Origin: Micrococcales bacterium | Lineage (GTDB): Bacteria; Actinomycetota; Actinomycetes; Actinomycetales; Microbacteriaceae | NCBI GenBank assembly: GCA_046073845.1 | Contig: JBJTNB010000136.1 | Location: forward strand, 1-51,207 | DNA length: 51,207 bases | Direction: 5' to 3' | In this document: positions 9,094 through 16,214 of the stretch, one piece after another | Numbering within the stretch: the first letter of the stretch is position 1 | Layout: each line of letters starts with the position of its first letter | The notes under the pieces: generated by a model | What the model saw: only the letters and a program-made list of their open reading frames with translations | The model's database searches: none | What the model was told of the DNA's origin: nothing | Translations under genes and position numbers: made by a program

Positions 9094-10856
9094 TGTCGAG
9101 CTCAATTGCGATTAGTCGACTTCCGGTTCGACGTGCGCTACAGCAACTCGGCAGCAAGTATTCGTACTACTACGACACCATCATTGGTTTTGCATTCCCT
9201 GCCATTCTGACCAACCTAGTCAACGACGCCATTCCAACAAAAGGCGGGGTAGCCGACTGGTTGGCAATTTCGTTTGCTGGTTACTTAGCTGCCGCAGCCG
9301 TTTTTCTATTGGGTCGAGCAATACTTTTCAATCGCAGTCGAGTGCCGACTGTCGTAACGCTTGTCGTCTTTGCTTTCGCCGGGGTCGCTCGAGGAATTGT
9401 GATTTACTCGCTAGGTAACGCGTACGGTGTCGTGGCTAGCCACGAGTTTGTGTATCGCGTATTTGGTTCAATGCTTTACACGTTCTTTATGCTGGGCTTG
9501 ATCACCGTTCTGGTTTCTAATGCCGTGCGTAGCAGTCGAAAGTACGACGAACTTGAACACCAGCGTTTGTTGCTTCAGGATGCACTGGTAAATCTGCGTG
9601 AAAAACTTTCAATTCAAAAGGCTGAACTTGCCGGTCGAGTTAAGGCATTGGTCAATCCGATGATTGACGACCTAATTTCAAAAATTGCGGCTTCTCGCGC
9701 CGAAGGCTCAGTTGCGGTGGCTGTGGCCAGCCTGAAGAGCACGGTTGATCGAGACATTCGACCGCTGTCACTGCAAATTGGCAACGATCAAACTCCTGGA
9801 CTTTTCGAGGCTACGGGCAAACCAGCCATCAAATTCCGCTTGTTTACAAAGCTGCAGAGCCCCATCCAGGTGGCTTCGATGTATTCGCCAATCTGGTTCA
9901 TGCTTCTTCTCGTGATGGTTGCGGCCCCAGCAGCCTCTCACATTTTTGGCAACCCGAACTGGGGTTACCAGATAGCTTTGGTGGGCGTCATTGGAATTCT
10001 TTTGCTTGAGTTGGCAAAGCGCAGCACTGCCAAGTTGCAGTTGACCCAGACTGCAGCGTTTTTCGTGCAATTGACCAGCTACGCCCTGATCGGGGCTGTG
10101 GTTGACATCGCCCTCACACTCAGCCCCTTCAATACCGTGCAGTACACGCCGGGTCGCGTGACTCTGTATGTCGTTGTGGCCGGCATTGGTTTCTTTATCG
10201 GTCAGCTGTTTCAGTTGCAGCGCGAAGAGTCTGCAGCCTATTTGGCTACAACCAACGAAAATCTTGAACGGCTGAATGCCGAAGCGCGTCGTGAGCTTTG
10301 GTTGTACCGCCGCAAGCTTGCAACTGTTTTGCATGGTCCGGTTCAAGCACGGCTCTATGCATCGGCAATTCGGTTATCACAGGCAAAGCGTGTGTCAGCA
10401 AAACTGGTTGAACAAATCAATGGCGAACTAAAAGAGGTTCTTCGCGAACTTGATTTTGACAAGCAAGATCGAGCATCGGCGCGAAGTGTGATCAGACAGG
10501 TCATTGATGTTTGGGCTGGCACCTGTGAGATCTACCCAAAGATCGATAAGTCAGTTATGCAGGCTGCAAAACGCGACCCGAACTTCGAGGCGGCGTTCAT
10601 CGAAGTGATTCGCGAAGCGATTTCTAACGCGGTGAAGCACGGCCAGGCAACAGAAATTGAACTTAATGCCGATACCTTCGGCGACCTCGTGAAATTGCGA
10701 CTCATCAATAACGGCAAATTATTGCCATCGGATTCGAAAGGTAAAGCTGGATTCGGTACAGAGTTAATCTCTGAACTCACGCTGCGCTGGTCGGTCGGGG
10801 CTACCAGTGATGACCGTACGGTATTCGAGGCTGACTTTGTGATTGCGGGCGGCTAA
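9093..10856 (+). CDS. Multi-TM sensor histidine kinase (HisKA_3/HATPase-like)
   Basis: Two hydrophobic TM clusters, H-box LATVLHGPVQ, N-box EAISNAVKHG, G2 GFG; coupled to the regulator (TAATG). Confidence 0.85.
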   Translation: MSSSIAISRLPVRRALQQLGSKYSYYYDTIIGFAFPAILTNLVNDAIPTKGGVADWLAISFAGYLAAAAVFLLGRAILFNRSRVPTVVTLVVFAFAGVARGIVIYSLGNAYGVVASHEFVYRVFGSMLYTFFMLGLITVLVSNAVRSSRKYDELEHQRLLLQDALVNLREKLSIQKAELAGRVKALVNPMIDDLISKIAASRAEGSVAVAVASLKSTVDRDIRPLSLQIGNDQTPGLFEATGKPAIKFRLFTKLQSPIQVASMYSPIWFMLLLVMVAAPAASHIFGNPNWGYQIALVGVIGILLLELAKRSTAKLQLTQTAAFFVQLTSYALIGAVVDIALTLSPFNTVQYTPGRVTLYVVVAGIGFFIGQLFQLQREESAAYLATTNENLERLNAEARRELWLYRRKLATVLHGPVQARLYASAIRLSQAKRVSAKLVEQINGELKEVLRELDFDKQDRASARSVIRQVIDVWAGTCEIYPKIDKSVMQAAKRDPNFEAAFIEVIREAISNAVKHGQATEIELNADTFGDLVKLRLINNGKLLPSDSKGKAGFGTELISELTLRWSVGATSDDRTVFEADFVIAGG

Positions 10857-12331
10857 GCCGTTTCATTGAGCGATTTAGAAAAATCGCGCAGACGCTTTGC
10901 CTGTTCGAAGTGTTCAACATCGAAGAACAATTCGAACGCCAGTTGGCCCTCGAGTTTGGCCGCATCGACGTCACCAAGGGTTTGATAGGCGAGAGCGCGA
11001 ACTTCGTGCCACTCTGCGGTTAAGTGGTCAGCGCCCAGGCCGCCCGGACCTGTGGCCTCGTGATAGGCAAGAGCCTGATCGCAGAGCTCAAGGGCCTCAC
11101 TGGCTCGGTCTGTAATAGCTAGTGCTCGGGCTAGGTCGAAGATGCTGTCGTAAAGCATGAAGAAACGGTCGCCCAGACGCGACTTCAAGGCCAACAGCTT
11201 TTCAGCCTTTTCGGTTGGCTCGATTGCCAGCTTGGCTTCGAAGTAGGCGATTCGGGCATCGCAGAGCTCAGACTGCGCGTAGTCGAACTCGTGGGTTTCA
11301 AGAAGCGCGGCTGTGCGACGCCAAAGAGCTAGCGCATCGAGCCAGTTCTCGGTCGATGCATAAAAGTCCTCAAATTCAGAGGCAACCTCAGTCAGGTCGA
11401 TCGTTAGCTTTTGCTGCTCAGCGACATCGAAAATTGAATTCATGAGTTCAATTGCGCGTTCTTCATCGCCTTGACGGAGTGCGCAAAGTGCGCGACCAAA
11501 AATCGAGTTTGACGCCAAGTTGTATTGCCCGTTGTTGCGCTGATCTAGAGCCAGCTCTTTAAACATTGAGTCGGCCTTTGCATAATTCTCTTCGAGAACT
11601 GCGATCCATGCTTCGGCACGTGTGTGAAAGTGCAATGCAAAACGTTCGAGGCCAGCAATCTCGCCCTGAGACTTTGCCAAGGCCCAGTGCTTTTTGGCCA
11701 TTGGCAGATCAACCAATCGCGCGTATGCCAAAGAAATGATTGCGTGCGCGGCAACAGCATCGCTGAGTCGATAACCATCGCTTGCCAATTCAAGAGCCTT
11801 AGTCGCGGCATCGATTGCCTTCGAGTAATCGTTGGTCAACATGTACGAACGCGCAGCCAAGTTCATGTCGACGACGGCGCGCTCTGAGTTGATCACTTCG
11901 TTTAAGAGTGCTGCGTTAGCGTAAGCCTCGGCCGAAGCGCGATAGTTGCGCTGTTGGTGGTACGCGAAACCTCGCCAGGCCATGGCACTGGCACGAAGGC
12001 CGTCATCCTGGAGTTCGTTGGCGGCAACGTCGGCAGCTTCGGTGAATGCTGCAAGGCAGTCACCCCAGGCTTGTTTGCGACTGTAGGCCTCGCCAAGCAT
12101 TTTCAAGCTTTGGTAAAGCTGCGTCGAACGATTTAGCTTGCGATTAATTTCGACCGCAGCACCAACAAAGCCAATTACACGGCCGAGCGTGCTCTCTTCA
12201 AAGAGCCCGAGGCTGAGTGCTCGATTGATCAGAGCGCCGGCACGGTGTTCGTCGTTGCCAGAGGTGATGTCGGTCCAGTCGGCATCTTCTTGGCGACGTT
12301 CCCAGTCGCGGTAGTCGAAATCGTCGTCCAT
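10853..12331 (-). CDS. Acidic all-helical TPR-like repeat protein, 492 aa
   Basis: TPR-like helical pairs (LGEAY...W.D.L.AF..A; RGFAYHQQRNYRASAEAY; DYSKAIDAATKALELA). Start placed at ATG 12331 behind AAAGGAG. Confidence 0.75.
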   Translation of the reverse strand: MDDDFDYRDWERRQEDADWTDITSGNDEHRAGALINRALSLGLFEESTLGRVIGFVGAAVEINRKLNRSTQLYQSLKMLGEAYSRKQAWGDCLAAFTEAADVAANELQDDGLRASAMAWRGFAYHQQRNYRASAEAYANAALLNEVINSERAVVDMNLAARSYMLTNDYSKAIDAATKALELASDGYRLSDAVAAHAIISLAYARLVDLPMAKKHWALAKSQGEIAGLERFALHFHTRAEAWIAVLEENYAKADSMFKELALDQRNNGQYNLASNSIFGRALCALRQGDEERAIELMNSIFDVAEQQKLTIDLTEVASEFEDFYASTENWLDALALWRRTAALLETHEFDYAQSELCDARIAYFEAKLAIEPTEKAEKLLALKSRLGDRFFMLYDSIFDLARALAITDRASEALELCDQALAYHEATGPGGLGADHLTAEWHEVRALAYQTLGDVDAAKLEGQLAFELFFDVEHFEQAKRLRDFSKSLNETA

Positions 12332-12398
12332 TGAACGCTCCTTTGCGGGGATGACAAAACTCGGGTACAAGCCCCGGTGTTTTTTGGTGAGAAGAGCA

Positions 12399-12420
12399 AT
12401 CATGCTCTTGGGTACCGACA
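12399..12420 (-). promoter_or_regulatory. RecA-NDp (PafBC-type) promoter-like motif
   Basis: Minus strand reads TGTCGG-TACCCAAGAG (N10)-CATGAT; matches TGTCGG-N10-TANNNT except for a CANNNT -10. Confidence 0.55.
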
Positions 12421-12494
12421 TTCAACGCAACAACACGCCTGACGGCGTTCTTCCCGCTAACTGGCGCGGTTTGCTGGTGGCGGAATGGCCCTGG

Positions 12495-12923
12495 TTAGGC
12501 GATGGCCTCTGGATTTTTCACGACCCGCTCGTTAGCCACGGCGGCCACCAGAAACAAAAGGCCCGCGCCAACCAGCCAGAGCGAACCGATTGAGCTTTGC
12601 TGGGCAAGGGCGTCGATGATCTGCTGGTCGGTCATTTCGGGAGTGACTGAAATGCCTGAAAGGCCGATGGTTTGCACGATCACGCCGGCAACGTAGCCGA
12701 TGATTGAGAAGATTTTGGCTCGATGGCGTGTGCCGACCGGCCGCGTCTTCGGGCGAATGAAGATTGCGAATACCGAGGTAATTGACGAAGATACCAACGC
12801 TAGGAATGTCCAGAGCCCCAAGCTGTAACCCTTGCTTCTTGCCGTGTAACCAACACGAAGAGCCAAGATGATTGCAATCGCGAAATCGACAGTGAGGGTA
12901 AACAGCAAGTTGTTGTAATTCAT
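12495..12923 (-). CDS. Hypothetical membrane protein (about 4 TM)
   Basis: 142 aa with four hydrophobic segments; 3 nt downstream of the PfkB gene. Confidence 0.75.
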   Translation of the reverse strand: MNYNNLLFTLTVDFAIAIILALRVGYTARSKGYSLGLWTFLALVSSSITSVFAIFIRPKTRPVGTRHRAKIFSIIGYVAGVIVQTIGLSGISVTPEMTDQQIIDALAQQSSIGSLWLVGAGLLFLVAAVANERVVKNPEAIA

Positions 12924-12926
12924 GGA

Positions 12927-13901
12927 CTAAAGACTACGCAGGGTCTCAGACAAATCCGAAAGAGTCGGCGGTTCACAGCCGGCCCGCTCGCAGGTGATCG
13001 ATGCCGCAATCGATGCGACGCGTGCGTATTCGGCTAGGGTTTCGTCGCTCAAGTTTGCGAGTCGGTCGAACGGGTCGCTGCCAAGTGCGTCGGCGTCGCT
13101 GAGTTGACCAAGCAGGTTTGCGCAGAACGTGTCGCCGGCGCCAACGGTGTCGACGACGTTGATCTTGCGAGATGGCACGTCGATGCGACGGTCTCGACGA
13201 TAGATCGATGTGCCATCTGCACCGCGAGTCACCATCACGACTCGCTCGGTTCCGGCAATCCAGTCGCGCACAATGTCATCAAGGTCGGTGCCGTGCTCGA
13301 GCCCGTAAAGCCACCAGATATCTTCGTCGCTCGCCTTGACGATGTGCGAAATCGAGTTGAGTCTTTCAACACGGATGCGCTCGTGCGCAGCTTCAAACCC
13401 AAGCGCGGGGCGCATGTTCACATCATGCGAAATGGTGACCGAATTCTGTTCGAAATGTGTGCGCGACCAAGCTTCGATTACCGCAGAAGAGGGCTGCATT
13501 GCCATGGTGAGGCATCCGAATTGGATTGCCGTAGCGTGCATGTTTTCGAGGTCGACATCGGAGGGCAGTTCGGCCTCGGTCCAGCCCCAGTCTGCGGTGC
13601 CGTTCACGTAGAACGAATAAGAGGGGATTCCGGCAGAGTCGATGCTGACCACAGCAAGGGTGGTGAGTTCATCGGCGGCGATTGAGTGCTCGAGGTGAAC
13701 ACCGTTGGTTTCGAGGCGTTCGCGAATTATCTTGCCGAAGCGGTCGCCTGCGATTCGGCCCAGAAACTGGTGTTTGGTTCCACGACGAGCAAGGGCCAGA
13801 GCCACGTTGGCATTAGCGCCACCGACCACGGCGTTGAATCCGCCAGGTTGGTAACGGTTCTCAATGAGATCGATTAGAGCTTCGCCGATGACCAGAATCA
13901 T
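12927..13901 (-). CDS. PfkB family carbohydrate kinase (fructokinase-like)
   Basis: IGEALID, GGANANVA..LARRG, DVNMRP and DTVGAGDTF signatures. Confidence 0.93.
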   Translation of the reverse strand: MILVIGEALIDLIENRYQPGGFNAVVGGANANVALALARRGTKHQFLGRIAGDRFGKIIRERLETNGVHLEHSIAADELTTLAVVSIDSAGIPSYSFYVNGTADWGWTEAELPSDVDLENMHATAIQFGCLTMAMQPSSAVIEAWSRTHFEQNSVTISHDVNMRPALGFEAAHERIRVERLNSISHIVKASDEDIWWLYGLEHGTDLDDIVRDWIAGTERVVMVTRGADGTSIYRRDRRIDVPSRKINVVDTVGAGDTFCANLLGQLSDADALGSDPFDRLANLSDETLAEYARVASIAASITCERAGCEPPTLSDLSETLRSL

Positions 13902-13938
13902 GGGGTCAGTTTATTCAGGCAAGCAGTAGCGTTGGACC

Positions 13939-14946
13939 ATGAAACGTATTCCGTTGCCAAATCGTGCCATTGCAATGCCGCTACTTGGTCTCATGGTGGT
14001 TTGGCTTTTCTCGATGGCCAGCCAGCTGGTTGGAATGCTTTACGAAGTTGGCACTTCATCAGCGCATCCGAGCGTGTGGGTCTTTCTAGTCGGGCTGCTG
14101 CTGGGCGGAGTCTCGGCACTATTCGGCAGAACCTGGGCCATTCGCGCAGAGGCGACCGCGTCGGCGCCACTCGCCCGTGCGGCGGTGCGCTTTGGTAACC
14201 TGTCGCTCACCATCAGCCTCGGCGCGCTCACCATTTTTGCTTTCACGACCTTCATTTCAGGCTTCAACGACTACAACCGCAGCGGCACCGTTCTCGATCG
14301 TCTGCTCTGGCTCTACCTGCCGATCATCGTTGCTTCGGCAGCCGTGGTGATTTTGATTTTGCGTGCACTCGTCTTCGCGAAAGACCACAGTGTCGATAGC
14401 AACGAAAAAACCAGGATGACCGAACTGCAGAAGGCTTTAGCCCTCGGCTATGCGGTTCCGATTGTCTGCACCGCGTTTGCCGTCATCCTTGGGTTGTTTA
14501 TCTACGATGCGACTCGCACAAACTTGCAGACCTGGGTGTGGGTTGTCATCATCGCGATTGTTGGTTTCGGTGTGATTGCCGGAACTCGATTCGCTTCGAA
14601 GGCGCGCAGCGCTCGCACCGAAGCGCCAAAGCCGCGCACCGCGCTCGCGGCGGGTGCTTCGACTTTGAACTTCGTGCTGTCGATTGTTTTCGGTGCTGTG
14701 GTTTCGATTCTCGCGTTTGGGTTGGGTAGCGAGGCTATGTCTAAGTTGCGCATGAACGCGTATCCGATGGGGTACGACCAATACACCCCGTTATCAAACG
14801 GTGAAGCCACGAAGATCGTCGACGCGATGGCGCCATCGTGGTTCTTTGGCGACTTGGTGCCGGCGAAGTTACTGCTTTTGCTCGCCGTGGTCGGTATTTA
14901 CCTGAGCATCACCGAGCGCAATCGCGAGCGCAAAGAAAGCAAGTAA
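13939..14946 (+). CDS. Hypothetical integral membrane protein (about 8 TM)
   Basis: 335 aa with repeated hydrophobic segments; the two halves look internally similar. Confidence 0.8.
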   Translation: MKRIPLPNRAIAMPLLGLMVVWLFSMASQLVGMLYEVGTSSAHPSVWVFLVGLLLGGVSALFGRTWAIRAEATASAPLARAAVRFGNLSLTISLGALTIFAFTTFISGFNDYNRSGTVLDRLLWLYLPIIVASAAVVILILRALVFAKDHSVDSNEKTRMTELQKALALGYAVPIVCTAFAVILGLFIYDATRTNLQTWVWVVIIAIVGFGVIAGTRFASKARSARTEAPKPRTALAAGASTLNFVLSIVFGAVVSILAFGLGSEAMSKLRMNAYPMGYDQYTPLSNGEATKIVDAMAPSWFFGDLVPAKLLLLLAVVGIYLSITERNRERKESK

Positions 14947-14955
14947 GCGCGACCG

Positions 14956-15603
14956 ATGAAGTTTTTCGCCAGTGCCCTTCTTTTTGACAACGACGGCGTG
15001 CTTGTCGATTCGCACGCCGCGGCTGTTGCTGCCTGGAATCAGTGGGCGAGTGAATACGCACCTCAACTCGAATGGGATCGGCCAGAGAACTTCGGTGTTC
15101 GCGCCGAAGATATGGTGCGCAAATGGATCGCGACTCCTGACCTTTTCGACGAGGCAAACAATCGCATCAATCAGCTCGAGCAGGACAGCGCCTACGAAAC
15201 CGTGCCGATTGCAGGTGCGGTCGAACTGACCTCGACTCTGGCTGACGGAACCTGGACGGTCGTGACGTCGGCGAACGTAAATCTTGGACGTGCTCGATTG
15301 TTGGCTGCCGGCCATCGCGTGCCGGCCGAGTTGGTCACGGGCGATGACGTGAGCCGCGGCAAGCCCGACCCAGAGCCGTATGTGCTCGGGGCATCGCGCT
15401 TGGGGTTTGATCCGGTCGACTGTGTTGTCTTCGAGGATGCGGTGGCAGGCGCCCAGGCCGCGGCCGATGCCGGCGTCGGGTTGATCGTTGGGGTGGGCGA
15501 GAAGGCACTCGAAGGGCTGGCCGATGTGGTGGTTCGCGACCTGTCGGGAATAACTTTCGACGGAGAAGTGCTTACTATTCCTGATAAGAATCGTTTGCGT
15601 TAG
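14956..15603 (+). CDS. HAD-IA sugar phosphatase-like hydrolase
   Basis: FDNDGVLVDS, VTS, KPDPEPY and FEDA motifs. Confidence 0.93.
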   Translation: MKFFASALLFDNDGVLVDSHAAAVAAWNQWASEYAPQLEWDRPENFGVRAEDMVRKWIATPDLFDEANNRINQLEQDSAYETVPIAGAVELTSTLADGTWTVVTSANVNLGRARLLAAGHRVPAELVTGDDVSRGKPDPEPYVLGASRLGFDPVDCVVFEDAVAGAQAAADAGVGLIVGVGEKALEGLADVVVRDLSGITFDGEVLTIPDKNRLR

Positions 15604-15611
15604 GAGACCCC

Positions 15612-15863
15612 ATGAGCGAAATTACTTATTACGGAGCCGACTGGTGCAGTGATTGCCGCCGTTCGAAGTCGCTGATGAACACGCTCGGTGTTGATTTCGA
15701 CGAGAAAAACGTCGAGCAGTTCCCCGAATTCGCGACTGAGGCCGAGGCTATCGCCGGTCGCAAGAACATTCCGGTGATTCAGTTTGCCGACGGTGGAGTT
15801 CTCGTCGAGCCTTCAGATGCAGAACTGCACGCAGAGCTCACTGTTCGCGGCCTGCTCAAGTAG
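15612..15863 (+). CDS. Glutaredoxin/mycoredoxin-like protein
   Basis: YGADWCSDC CxxC, IPVI.F.DG..L.EP; TAGGAG RBS. Confidence 0.9.
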   Translation: MSEITYYGADWCSDCRRSKSLMNTLGVDFDEKNVEQFPEFATEAEAIAGRKNIPVIQFADGGVLVEPSDAELHAELTVRGLLK

Positions 15864-15926
15864 CGTTCCGGTAAATCGCCCGAGGCGCAATTAGCGTTCC
15901 CGTAAATCTCCCGCCGTGCAATTAGC
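15861..15926 (+). repeat. Two imperfect 31-nt tandem repeats plus a partial third copy
   Basis: TAGCGTTCCGGTAAATCGCCCGAGGCGCAAT / TAGCGTTCCCGTAAATCTCCCGCCGTGCAAT / TAGC. Confidence 0.75.
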
Positions 15927-16083
15927 CACCCCTGTGTGAGGCTTTGCGGCCGAGTCGTCCATGGCATGCATTTGCACTGCTTTGTGCACCAGAACTGATG
16001 CAAAAACATGTGCAAATGGATAGGGGTGACGATACGAGCCGAATCTCCCTGACACGGATGCCGCATCCTGGTGAAAATAAATC

Positions 16084-16214
16084 TGTTCATTTCGGGCATC
16101 CTCGCCTAGGCTTGAGTTATTCGGCGATTTGCCGATGGTAGTCGTTTGCATTGATCCCAAAGTTGCGTGGTCTTTAGCAGTTCGGCTAATGACTAAAACG
16201 AAATAGGTATCAAC
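16084..16214 (+). promoter_or_regulatory. Candidate structured 5' leader of the DEAD-box helicase
   Basis: Several hand-traceable helices (see findings). Confidence 0.55.

Noticed and set aside
15861-15926. Possible mini-CRISPR from the 31-nt repeats
   Set aside because: The units are directly adjacent with no spacers, and there are no cas genes in the window.
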